A stretch of 22,445 bases of DNA. Source: Candidatus Diapherotrites archaeon CG10_big_fil_rev_8_21_14_0_10_31_34. Lineage in GTDB: Archaea > Iainarchaeota > Iainarchaeia > Iainarchaeales > 1-14-0-10-31-34. This document shows, piece after piece, positions 1 through 8,284 of the stretch. The stretch is from assembly GCA_002763225.1 (NCBI GenBank), contig PFAI01000017.1:9155-31599 (forward strand), written 5' to 3'. The notes beneath the pieces are model-generated. The model made no database searches and was not told where the DNA came from. It saw only the letters and a list, made by a program, of their open reading frames with translations. Position 1 is the first letter of the stretch. Each line of letters opens with the position of its first letter. The position numbers and the translations under genes were made by a program.

Positions 1-192
1 TATTCCTTCTGTTCCTTTTGCTTCAACTACTATTGCAATTTTTATTGCTTCTAATCCAAAAGCAATTGGTTCTCTTTTAATGTCTTTTAATTCGCCTAAA
101 TCTTTTATTTTTTCTTTTATTGCGTTTTCTACTTTGTCTGTTTTTTCTATTCCTTCTGGAGAAATTTTGTAAATTAAAACCATTTTGCCCAT
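1..192 (-). CDS. ef1b: Translation elongation factor 1-beta (partial, runs off the window start)
   Basis: Manual translation: MGKMVLIYKISPEGIEKTDKVENAIKEKIKDLGELKDIKREPIAFGLEAIKIAIVVEAKGTEGI. Has the aEF-1beta signature EPIAFGL. GGTGA RBS at 197-201. Lies downstream of the Zn-ribbon gene, the usual archaeal arrangement. Not in the ORF track. Confidence 0.93.
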   Translation of the reverse strand, partial: MGKMVLIYKISPEGIEKTDKVENAIKEKIKDLGELKDIKREPIAFGLEAIKIAIVVEAKGTEGI

Positions 193-210
193 TTTATCAC
201 CTTAAAAATT

Positions 211-366
211 TTATGGGCCGATAAACCCGCATTCTTCGCATTTGTATTCTTTTGTAGTGCTTTTACAGTGATCACATCTGATTATTTTTGTTTTCCCGCA
301 TTTAGGGCAAGGAAATTCAGTGAAATCAAAGTTCACTTCTTTATTGCATGAACTGCATATTTTCAT
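211..366 (-). CDS. Small Zn-ribbon protein, HVO_2753/DUF1610 family (51 aa)
   Basis: Manual translation: MKICSSCNKEVNFDFTEFPCPKCGKTKIIRCDHCKSTTKEYKCEECGFIGP. Four CxxC motifs and a C-terminal CGFxGP. GAGGGG RBS upstream. Conserved position upstream of ef1b. Confidence 0.92.
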   Translation of the reverse strand: MKICSSCNKEVNFDFTEFPCPKCGKTKIIRCDHCKSTTKEYKCEECGFIGP

Positions 367-443
367 TTTTAACCCCTCAAATAATTCAATCTGACTTTAA
401 ATTTATATAATCAGTATTACATAATTATTCCTGTAGTATTAAC

Positions 444-451
444 TTTAAAAA
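444..451 (+). promoter_or_regulatory. Putative TATA box for the tRNA-Arg gene
   Basis: TTTAAAAA about 43 nt upstream of the mature tRNA 5' end, in the divergent intergenic region. Confidence 0.45.
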
Positions 452-468
452 GCTTTAAGGCTTTCTTT

Positions 469-491
469 GTGCTTAAACGGCGAAACGTTTA
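469..491 (+). repeat. Dispersed hairpin motif, copy 1 (GTGCTTAAACG-GCGAAA-CGTTTA)
   Basis: 469-490 matches the reverse complement of 17819-17840 at 21/22 nt. Stem TAAACG/CGTTTA with loop GCGAAA. Confidence 0.85.
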
Positions 492-493
492 TT

Positions 494-567
494 GGACTCG
501 TGGCGCAACTGGATAGCGCAGCCCGCTTCGGACGGGCAGGTTGGGGGTTCGAATCCCTCCGAGTTCA
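494..567 (+). tRNA. tRNA-Arg(UCG), intronless, CCA not encoded
   Basis: Cloverleaf: acceptor GGACTCG/CGAGTTC plus A73, D-stem GCGC/GCGC with the A20 Arg identity base, anticodon stem GCCCG/CGGGC with loop CT-TCG-GA, T-arm GGGGG-TTCGAAT-CCCTC. Confidence 0.97.
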
Positions 568-1176
568 TTTTTTCAGTTTTATTCTCCTTAATTTTTTTAA
601 TGCTTTGTTTGCAGTTTCTTTGTCAATTCCGTGTTCTTCATCTTCTTTTGTTTCCCTGTAATACCTTGCTATTGTATTTGGGTGTAATTTTATGATTGGT
701 GCTATTTCAGAAAAACGCATATTCATTTTATCGTGCATTCTTATTATTTCTTGTATTTGGGGTTTGGTTACTTTAACTCTTTTTCCGCCTGATGCTTTTT
801 TTTGTCTGGGTATTATTCCTTTAGCGTAATTTAATGTTGTTGTGCTGTCTCTTCCTTGTATTGCTTGATTTATTTTTCTTATCATTACTTCGGTTGTTCT
901 TTCTTTTTTTACTATTTGTATGATTGGTTTTTTTGTGTTAATTATTTGGTTTGCTATATCAATTATTTTGTCAGTATGCATTTTTGCTGATACTTCTTTT
1001 AATCTTCTTACATTCCATGCATAAAGCATTCTTTTTTTTTCTTCAGGAATTTTTAGTCTTTCTTCAAATTCTTCTATTCCAATTGCAAGCTTAAAATTTC
1101 TTTTAGGGAAATTCTTGTGTATTCTCATTATATTAAATATATTCCTTGTTGTTGGTCTGAAAGCTTTTTCAGGCAT
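565..1176 (-). CDS. Basic hypothetical protein with a C-terminal helix-turn-helix
   Basis: 203 aa, K/R-rich. TKPQIQEIIRMHDKMNMRFSEIAPIIKLHPNTIARY fits an HTH pattern. Starts 1 nt after the cca stop, with a GAGGGG RBS inside the end of cca. Confidence 0.7.
   Translation of the reverse strand: MPEKAFRPTTRNIFNIMRIHKNFPKRNFKLAIGIEEFEERLKIPEEKKRMLYAWNVRRLKEVSAKMHTDKIIDIANQIINTKKPIIQIVKKERTTEVMIRKINQAIQGRDSTTTLNYAKGIIPRQKKASGGKRVKVTKPQIQEIIRMHDKMNMRFSEIAPIIKLHPNTIARYYRETKEDEEHGIDKETANKALKKLRRIKLKK
568..573 (+). terminator. Oligo-T tract directly after the tRNA (archaeal-type terminator)
   Basis: T6 immediately follows the discriminator base. It is also the Lys codons of the antisense ORF. Confidence 0.35.
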
Positions 1177-1177
1177 T

Positions 1178-2557
1178 TCATTCCCCTCTAATTAAATTCT
1201 TGATGAGGAATTCCTTTATTTCTTTTTCTTTGTAGATTTTCATTACATTTTTTCCTGAATAAATTTCGTGTTTTTTTTTCAGCTGTTTTACAAGGAATTT
1301 TTCTGGATTAACTTTAATTTGTTTTTCAATGAATTCTTTTACAGCTGTTTCTGCTTTAATATGCGGTCTTTTGACTTTTGCATGATAATTTCTTCCGATT
1401 TTTTTTGCTTTTTTGCCGTGTTTTTCTATGAATTTTTTTACATGTTCTGTCATTTTAACCGGGGGACCTTTAACCATTTTTTCTTTTTCTAATATTCTTT
1501 CTTTTACTTCAACCAATACCAACATTTTTTTTTGTTCATCTGACCAGAATTTTCCTTTTAAAAAAGTAAAATCATTTTTCTTTAATTCTTTTTCAAGTTT
1601 ATTCAAAAAGTTTCTTAATTGACCATAAGTTACATCTTCATGGATTTTTTCATATGGTGCTGTAATTATAACTAAATTTCTTTTCTGAATTTTTTTCTTG
1701 AATTCTGTTTTACTTAAAATTTTAACTGGTTTTGGATAAAAGAAATTAATTGAAGGGTTTTTAGAGAATTCTTTTGCTTTTTTCTTGAATTTTTCAAATG
1801 TTTCTTTTGATACTGCTGCAGCAACATTTCTTCTGTCATCTGTTGGGTCCAGAAAAATTAACGGAACATTAAATTTTTTTGCCAGTTCTTTTTCTTGTTT
1901 TTTTGAAATTTTTTCTGTTAAAGAAAGGGTTTTTCCGTGTTTCCAGTCAGATGCTTTTTTTAGTGTGTTTTCAAAATTTGAGTATTTTAAAACCAATAAT
2001 TCGGTTAAATACCCTGAAAAGCCCTGTGTTTTTAGTTCTGCACCATAGCATTTAATTCCTTTCAGGAACTTTTTTAGCAGACGTATTTCGTTTCTTTGTT
2101 TGTCTTTTATTTTTTCCTGAATAAAGTTTGTGTGGAATGGTGTTCTGTCAACTGATGAAAGCATTTCTTTTGTTGAATCAATTTTGTATGCCGGAATCAA
2201 TTCAATTTTGTGTCCTTCAATTTCTGTTTTAACATAAGGGTGTTCTCCGAAATCGATTTCCCAGTTTTTTCCAGAAATCTTTTTTGCTATTTTTAATCCT
2301 TCTTTTACAAATTCTTTTCTGTCAAGTTTTTTGTCAAATAAAATAAATACATCTATATCTTTGTCTCCTTTCAAGTGGGTGTTTCTTGAAAGCGAGCCGG
2401 CAAGCAATGCCTGAATGTGTTTTCCTTTGTATTTATTTATTTTTTTAATTATTTTTTCAGCTATTTCTTTTTCTTTTTTTATTTCTTCTTTGCTTGGAGT
2501 AACCTTTTCAAGCACTTTTTCTTTTATTTTAGCTGTTTTTGTTTTTTTGTTTGTCAT
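1178..2557 (-). CDS. cca: CCA-adding enzyme (archaeal class I tRNA nucleotidyltransferase)
   Basis: Motifs GSLSRNTHLKGDKDIDVF, EHPYV, SSVDRTPFH, GFSGYLTELL and DPTDDRRNVAAAVS; 459 aa. Confidence 0.96.
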   Translation of the reverse strand: MTNKKTKTAKIKEKVLEKVTPSKEEIKKEKEIAEKIIKKINKYKGKHIQALLAGSLSRNTHLKGDKDIDVFILFDKKLDRKEFVKEGLKIAKKISGKNWEIDFGEHPYVKTEIEGHKIELIPAYKIDSTKEMLSSVDRTPFHTNFIQEKIKDKQRNEIRLLKKFLKGIKCYGAELKTQGFSGYLTELLVLKYSNFENTLKKASDWKHGKTLSLTEKISKKQEKELAKKFNVPLIFLDPTDDRRNVAAAVSKETFEKFKKKAKEFSKNPSINFFYPKPVKILSKTEFKKKIQKRNLVIITAPYEKIHEDVTYGQLRNFLNKLEKELKKNDFTFLKGKFWSDEQKKMLVLVEVKERILEKEKMVKGPPVKMTEHVKKFIEKHGKKAKKIGRNYHAKVKRPHIKAETAVKEFIEKQIKVNPEKFLVKQLKKKHEIYSGKNVMKIYKEKEIKEFLIKNLIRGE

Positions 2558-2618
2558 GCAAACCCTTAAATATTATGTTTATTTATTTAATATAGTTGTC
2601 ATTTTTTGGGGTTTTTTT

Positions 2619-4229
2619 ATGGGCGAAATCGAGGAATTGGATTTAATCGGAAAAAAAGAAGTAAAAGAGGAAGAGCAAATCACGGTTAAAAGAAAAGATT
2701 TGAATTTAGTTGAAGAATATGATTCTGTTGAAATCTTTGAAGATTATCCTAATTATTATTATTTTATTAAGAAACCTGTTTTGTCTGATAAAGAAAAATT
2801 ATTTGGAAGTGTTTTGCAGAACGTTATTTTAAGGAAAGCTTCTATTCCAGAGCTTTCATCTAAATTAGGTTTATCCAAGGATTTTTTGAATGAATTGAAT
2901 TCTGAGGTAATCCATGAAATTGAAAAACTTAATTTATTGCATGCTTTGCCTGACGCAGAATCTTTTGATGCAATAAATAATTCTTTTTTGAAATTAACTA
3001 AAAAGCATTTGGATTTTATTGTTCATCCGGAAGAATTAACTCGTTTTGTTTTGGATAAATCAATTGGTTATGGTTTTTTGTCTCCTTTAATGAAAGATGA
3101 CTGGCTGGAAGAAATAATGGTTAACGGCTATAATAAACCTGTTTTTGTTTTTCACAGGCGTTATGCAATGTGTGAAACAAATATTATGATTAGGAAAGAC
3201 GGTTTTCTTCCAAGATTATTGTATAGGGTAGCCAGAACTGTTAACAGGGAATTAAATGAATCTCTTCCTTTATTGGATGCAAGGCTTCCTGATGGTTCAA
3301 GAGCTAATGCTACTTCTCCTTATGCTACTCCTTTTGGTCCAAGCCTTACAATCAGAAAGTTTTCCAGAACTCCGTTAAGTGTAATTAATTTAATTAATAA
3401 TGGAACAATGACTTCTGATTTAGTTGCTTTTTTGTGGACTATGGTTGAAGGATTTGGAATTGAACCAATGAATTTGATTGTTACTGGAGGAAGTGGTACA
3501 GGAAAAACTTCTACTTTAAGCGCTTTATCTGTTTTTGTGAGAAGAGAAGACAGAATTCTTACAATTGAAGACACCCCTGAAATTCATTTGGGTTCAAGAC
3601 AAAACTGGATTCAGATGGAAGCAAGGCCTGCTATTTCCGGCATACCAGAACTTTCAATGGATGACTTATTAAAAAATGCTTTGAGAATGCGTCCAGACAG
3701 ACTTATTGTAGGTGAAGTCAGAGGCCCTGAAGCCCAGACATTATTTACTGCAATGGATACAGGGCATTCAGGTTGCATGGGCACAGTTCATTCTAATAAT
3801 GGAAAAGAATTGTTAACCAGATTAAAGAGTGCTCCAATGAATGTTCCTGATATAATGCTTCCATTGCTTGACTTAATTATTGTGCAGTATAGAATGCATG
3901 CTCCTGGAAAAGGAATTATCAGAAGAGTTGTTCAGATGAGTGAAGTAAGCAGAATGGATGACCAAGTATTATTAGGGGATTTGTTTTTATGGAAAAAAGA
4001 AGAAGATTTAATTCAAAGAACTTCAACTCCTTCTCATATAATTGAAAAGCTTGCTGATGCTGCTGCAAGAACTAAAAAAGATGTAATGAAAGAAATTAAA
4101 GTAAGAGAAAGAATTATTGAATGGATGTCTTTAAGCGGAATTCACGGCAATGAAGACGTTGAAAACATGGTTCAAAAATATTATTATAATCCGACTGAAG
4201 TATTAGAACAGGTTTCAGAAGAATTATAA
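2619..4229 (+). CDS. Type II/IV secretion or type IV pilus assembly ATPase (CpaF/VirB11/ArlI-like)
   Basis: LEEIMVNG, DARLPDGSR, Walker A GGSGTGKT, TIED, ALRMRPDRLIVGEVRG, His box GH...TVH. Start set at ATG 2619 because the extension from 2415 overlaps cca in antisense. Confidence 0.93.
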   Translation: MGEIEELDLIGKKEVKEEEQITVKRKDLNLVEEYDSVEIFEDYPNYYYFIKKPVLSDKEKLFGSVLQNVILRKASIPELSSKLGLSKDFLNELNSEVIHEIEKLNLLHALPDAESFDAINNSFLKLTKKHLDFIVHPEELTRFVLDKSIGYGFLSPLMKDDWLEEIMVNGYNKPVFVFHRRYAMCETNIMIRKDGFLPRLLYRVARTVNRELNESLPLLDARLPDGSRANATSPYATPFGPSLTIRKFSRTPLSVINLINNGTMTSDLVAFLWTMVEGFGIEPMNLIVTGGSGTGKTSTLSALSVFVRREDRILTIEDTPEIHLGSRQNWIQMEARPAISGIPELSMDDLLKNALRMRPDRLIVGEVRGPEAQTLFTAMDTGHSGCMGTVHSNNGKELLTRLKSAPMNVPDIMLPLLDLIIVQYRMHAPGKGIIRRVVQMSEVSRMDDQVLLGDLFLWKKEEDLIQRTSTPSHIIEKLADAAARTKKDVMKEIKVRERIIEWMSLSGIHGNEDVENMVQKYYYNPTEVLEQVSEEL

Positions 4230-4258
4230 CTCAATTAAATTTTTTTTGTTTAATTAAA

Positions 4259-4855
4259 TCACTTTAATTCTTTTCTCACATTTTTTTCAAATTCTTTTAA
4301 TTGATTATAGTTTTTTTCCAGTTTTTGGTTTGCTTTTTCTAAAGTTTTTTTCAGGTATTCTTCTTCTAATAATATTTTTCCTTTTATTTTTACAGGAAAA
4401 GACATTGTTTGGGTTCCTATTAATTCTATAATAAATTTTCCTTCTTCTGCAACCATTATTCCTGCTCTCCTGATTCCGGTTTTTCTTGTAATTTTAAGGA
4501 TTTTTTTTGCGTTTTCCAGCGAGTTTGTTCCTAAATGAAGGATAAATGAATCTAACTTAAACCATAATTCTTCTTCATTTTGTTTTCTTTTTATTTCTGT
4601 TATCAGTTCTTTTAATTTTACTTTTCTGTGCCATTTTGAATGAAATGCTGCTTCTTTTTTGTTTCCGTCTTTTGCCAGGTCAAGTAATACAATTCTTCCT
4701 GAACAACTGCTTGAAGTAAAATAATTTTTTGTTTCTGCAATATAACTGCATAATGAAATCATTTGTTTATCTGCTTTTTTTTCTTCTACTGCTTTAAAGA
4801 AAGTTTTTTTGTGTCTTTCTTTTATCATTTTAAATCTTGTTTCTGCTTTATTCAT
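4259..4855 (-). CDS. taw3: tRNA wyosine-derivative methyltransferase Taw3/TYW3
   Basis: Signature YFTSSSCSGRI, KWH, FILH, AGI and IIEL motifs; 198 aa. Confidence 0.9.
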   Translation of the reverse strand: MNKAETRFKMIKERHKKTFFKAVEEKKADKQMISLCSYIAETKNYFTSSSCSGRIVLLDLAKDGNKKEAAFHSKWHRKVKLKELITEIKRKQNEEELWFKLDSFILHLGTNSLENAKKILKITRKTGIRRAGIMVAEEGKFIIELIGTQTMSFPVKIKGKILLEEEYLKKTLEKANQKLEKNYNQLKEFEKNVRKELK

Positions 4856-5496
4856 AAACTAATCCTTTCCGTTTTTTTTGTTTTTGAATCAATTAAACAC
4901 ATTTTTCCTTCTTTTACTGCCCCGGGATTAACACAAAAAGTTTTGTTTATTGTTTCTTCCCCTAATCCTTCATGACAGTGACCTGAAACATTTATTTCAG
5001 GGAAAAATTCTTCAATTATTCGCCTTACTGATTCTGAACCAATTGCTTTTCCATAAAAATTTTTATCCAAAGAAGAGTTTTTTGGAGGTGAATGAGTTAA
5101 TAAAAAAACTTTTTCTTTTTCTTCTTTAATCAGTTCCTTTAATTTTTCATAAACTTCTTTTTCTGTCAAAACTGTGTCTCCAATGCAGTTTGTTGCTCCT
5201 CCTAAACCAATAAAAGTGAATTCTCCGAATTTTTCTTTTTTTCCGTGCAATGAAATTTTTTCTTTTTCCAGATAATTTGTTACTTTTTTTGAATCTAAAT
5301 TCCCTGGAACTGCAAGAATTTTTTTATTCATTTTTTTCACTATATCCAGAACTTCTTTTGTTTGAATTTCTCCTCCAAAGTTGGTTAAGTCTCCTGCAAT
5401 CAAAATTAACTCTATTTCTTTGCCTTTTGCCTTTTCCATCAGCTTTTCCAGATTCTCTTTTCTTGAGTGAATATCGCTTAAAACCAGTATTTTCAT
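4852..5496 (-). CDS. Calcineurin-like metallophosphoesterase
   Basis: Motifs SDIH, AGDL, PGNLD, THSPP, GHCHE, VNPG. ATGA overlap with taw3. Confidence 0.9.
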   Translation of the reverse strand: MKILVLSDIHSRKENLEKLMEKAKGKEIELILIAGDLTNFGGEIQTKEVLDIVKKMNKKILAVPGNLDSKKVTNYLEKEKISLHGKKEKFGEFTFIGLGGATNCIGDTVLTEKEVYEKLKELIKEEKEKVFLLTHSPPKNSSLDKNFYGKAIGSESVRRIIEEFFPEINVSGHCHEGLGEETINKTFCVNPGAVKEGKMCLIDSKTKKTERISL

Positions 5497-5543
5497 AAAT
5501 ATCTCTTTTTATTTCTTTCAGGATAAGTATTATTTGAAGGATT

Positions 5544-6308
5544 ATGCTTAATAAGTTTTTATTGATTTTATTCACTTTTCTTTTTCTGGTTTCATTTACT
5601 TCAGCAATTAAAGTTGTTTCTCCTGTTGAAGCAGAATTTACCGGAAATACAATTGAATTAGGAAAGATTTCCCCTGGTCAAAGCTTTGAATTAATTATTT
5701 TTGATGAAAGGTTTACTGATTTGGAAGTTAAAGGGCAATTCAGTGAATGGAGTGAAGAATCAGTTTTTGAAGGAAAAAACATTTCAATTAAATTAAATGT
5801 TCCTTTAGATGCTTCTCTTGGTACAAAAAAAATTTCTTTTAATGCATTTAATTCTGTTTCAGGTTTAACTGAATCATTTGATGTTTTAATTAAAGTTGAA
5901 AAAGATTTATGGTCTGTTAATATTTCTGATTTAGATAAAGAAGCTAAAGTGAATTCTCAGGCAGAATATTTTTTGACTTTTTCCAATGAATCAATCGGAG
6001 AACAAAAAATTTCTTTGTCTTCTGATTTGCCGTCTTTTTGGTTTAAAGAACAGTCTTTTACAGTTAAACCTAAATCAATTCTGAAAGAATCAGTTTTTGT
6101 TAATCCAAAGTATTATGGCAGAAGAGAATTTAATTTTTTGTTTAAATCATCTTTTTCAGGAGAAGAAAAAAAATTTAATTCAAAATTGTCAGTTGAGTCT
6201 TCTCTTTTAAGCAAATATTCTGCTCCATTGTATGGTTTTCCTTTTTTTACTCTTAATTTGTTTCCTTATTTTTTAGTTGAATCTTTTGTCGGATTTTTTC
6301 TGGAATAA
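5544..6308 (+). CDS. Secreted or membrane-anchored hypothetical protein, beta-rich (Ig-like)
   Basis: N-terminal signal peptide (MLNKFLLILFTFLFLVSFTSA), alternating beta-strand patterns, hydrophobic C-terminus. Confidence 0.7.
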   Translation: MLNKFLLILFTFLFLVSFTSAIKVVSPVEAEFTGNTIELGKISPGQSFELIIFDERFTDLEVKGQFSEWSEESVFEGKNISIKLNVPLDASLGTKKISFNAFNSVSGLTESFDVLIKVEKDLWSVNISDLDKEAKVNSQAEYFLTFSNESIGEQKISLSSDLPSFWFKEQSFTVKPKSILKESVFVNPKYYGRREFNFLFKSSFSGEEKKFNSKLSVESSLLSKYSAPLYGFPFFTLNLFPYFLVESFVGFFLE

Positions 6309-6325
6309 TTAAATAAATAACATTT

Positions 6326-7882
6326 ATGACTTTGAAAAAATTTTCTCAGGAAATAATTAGCTTAATTTTGTCAGATAAAATTTCTTCCAAAAAACAGCTT
6401 AATTCATTTAAATTAAAGCTTGCAAAAAAATATTCTTTGAAAGATTTTCCGTCTAATCCTGCTATTCTTTCTTTTGCAAAAAACAAAAAGCCTGAATTAG
6501 TTAAACTTCTTTTAATTAAGCCTGTGCGTTCTTTATCAGGAATTGTTTCTGTTGCAATAATGCCAAAACCTTTGCCTTGTCCAGGAAAATGTATTTATTG
6601 CCCTAGCTCTTTGGTTGATGTTAAAACTCCTAAAAGTTATACCGGAAGAGAACCAACCACTATGCGGGCAATAGCAAATGATTTTGATGCAGTAAAACAA
6701 ATCAGAAACAGAATTGACCAGTTAAAAAGAAACGGCCATTCAACCCAAAAAATTGAATTAATTATTATGGGAGGCACATTTCTTTCTGCTTCTTTTAAAT
6801 GCCAAAAACAGTTTATGCTTGACTGCTTTAATGCAGTAAACAAAACCAAAAGTTTTTCTCTGGAAAAAGCAATAGATAAAGCACAATTCTCTGAAAACAG
6901 ATTTATTGGAATTACTTTTGAAACAAGGCCTGATTTTTGCGGGAAAAAAGAAATTAATCACATGCTTGAATTTGGCGGAACAAGAGTTGAATTAGGAGTT
7001 CAAACTTTAAATGATGAAATATACAAAAAAATTAACAGAAATCATTCTGTTCAGGATGTAATTAATTCAACTTCTTTATTGAGAGACAGTTCATTTAAGT
7101 TTGCTTATCATTTAATGCCTGGCCTGCCTTATTCAACTCCAAAAGAAGATTTAAGGGTTTTCAAAAAAACTTTTTCTGATCCTGATTTTAAGCCTGATAT
7201 GCTGAAAATTTATCCTTGTCTTGTAATCAAAAACACTGAATTACATGATTTGTGGAAAAAAGGAGATTACACTCCTTATTCTTCAAAGCAGGCTGCAAAA
7301 CTAATTGCTAAAATGAAGTCTTTTGTTCCAAAATACACCAGAATAATGAGAATTCAAAGAGACATTCCTTCAACTGTTGTTTCTGCAGGAGTAAAACACA
7401 CTAACTTGCGCCAGTTAATTGAAAAAGAAATGGAAAAACATGACTGGAAATGCAATTGCATCAGATGCAGGGAAATAGGAAGAACCATTGAATCAAACCA
7501 AGAACCAAAAATAGAAGTTTTAGAGTATTCTGCTTCAAAAGGAAAAGAATTTTTTATTTCTCTGGAAACCAAAAATTCTTTGTATGGTTTTTGCAGAATG
7601 CGTTTTCCTTTTAATCCATTTAGAAAAGAAATTACTTCTAAAACTGCTTTAATCAGAGAGCTTCATATTTATTCCAAATCTTTACCTTTAAATAATTCTC
7701 CAAAAGAAAACGAGTTCCAGCACAAGGGTTTTGGAAAAAAGTTAATGCAGAAAGCAGAAGAAATTGCTTTGGAAAATTCTTTTAATAAAATAAATGTTAT
7801 TTCCGGAATTGGTGCAAGAGAATATTACTGGAATTTGGGGTTTAAAAATGATGGAGTTTATGTTTCTAAAAAGCTAAACTAG
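6326..7882 (+). CDS. elp3: tRNA uridine(34) acetyltransferase Elp3 (radical SAM plus GNAT/KAT)
   Basis: RSLSGI, CPGKCIYCP, PKSYTGREP, KIELIIMGGTF, ETRPD, RVELGVQ, KIYP, RIQRDIP, CIRCRE, IRELH, QHKGFG, VISGIGAREYY. Confidence 0.97.
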   Translation: MTLKKFSQEIISLILSDKISSKKQLNSFKLKLAKKYSLKDFPSNPAILSFAKNKKPELVKLLLIKPVRSLSGIVSVAIMPKPLPCPGKCIYCPSSLVDVKTPKSYTGREPTTMRAIANDFDAVKQIRNRIDQLKRNGHSTQKIELIIMGGTFLSASFKCQKQFMLDCFNAVNKTKSFSLEKAIDKAQFSENRFIGITFETRPDFCGKKEINHMLEFGGTRVELGVQTLNDEIYKKINRNHSVQDVINSTSLLRDSSFKFAYHLMPGLPYSTPKEDLRVFKKTFSDPDFKPDMLKIYPCLVIKNTELHDLWKKGDYTPYSSKQAAKLIAKMKSFVPKYTRIMRIQRDIPSTVVSAGVKHTNLRQLIEKEMEKHDWKCNCIRCREIGRTIESNQEPKIEVLEYSASKGKEFFISLETKNSLYGFCRMRFPFNPFRKEITSKTALIRELHIYSKSLPLNNSPKENEFQHKGFGKKLMQKAEEIALENSFNKINVISGIGAREYYWNLGFKNDGVYVSKKLN

Positions 7883-7921
7883 CCTATTTTATTTTCTTTC
7901 TTTCTATTTTATTTGATTTAA

Positions 7922-8284
7922 ATGATTGAATTACTGTTATTTTTGTTGTTATTGATTTCTCTTGGGGCAATATATTTTCTTTATTCAAAATATGCTAAAT
8001 TAAAAGAAGACTTAAATGAACTTTCTTTTTCAAAGAAATCCCAGAGCGTTAAATACGGTAAATTAACTGAACAATGGATTCCTTTGTCTAATGATTTTCC
8101 TTTTGATCCTTTTTCTTTTCATTTTTTAGGCAATCCAATTGACGGAATAGTTTTTTCTGAAGACAAAATTGTTTTTTGTGAATTCAAGTCAAATAAATCT
8201 TTTTTGTCTCAAAAACAAAAAAAAATAAAAGAATTAATTTTGAATAAAAAAGTTGAATGGTTTGAGTTTCATTTAAAGGATTAA
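7922..8284 (+). CDS. Holliday junction resolvase-like endonuclease (Endonuc_Holl type) with N-terminal TM helix
   Basis: N-terminal hydrophobic helix, then GKLTEQWIP, FLGNPIDGIVF, FCEFKS, LSQKQKKIK, which form a PD-(D/E)xK core. Confidence 0.82.
   Translation: MIELLLFLLLLISLGAIYFLYSKYAKLKEDLNELSFSKKSQSVKYGKLTEQWIPLSNDFPFDPFSFHFLGNPIDGIVFSEDKIVFCEFKSNKSFLSQKQKKIKELILNKKVEWFEFHLKD

Noticed and set aside
467..695. Short + strand ORFs 467-661 and 492-695
   Set aside because: They overlap the tRNA and the antisense HTH gene; the translations are tRNA-derived or low-complexity.
565..1176. Integrated element at the tRNA 3' end
   Set aside because: No integrase and no duplicated tRNA 3' fragment were seen; the next gene is core cca.
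2415..2618. N-terminal hydrophobic extension of the ATPase in the ORF track
   Set aside because: It is the antisense of the Lys-rich cca start; the plausible start is ATG 2619.
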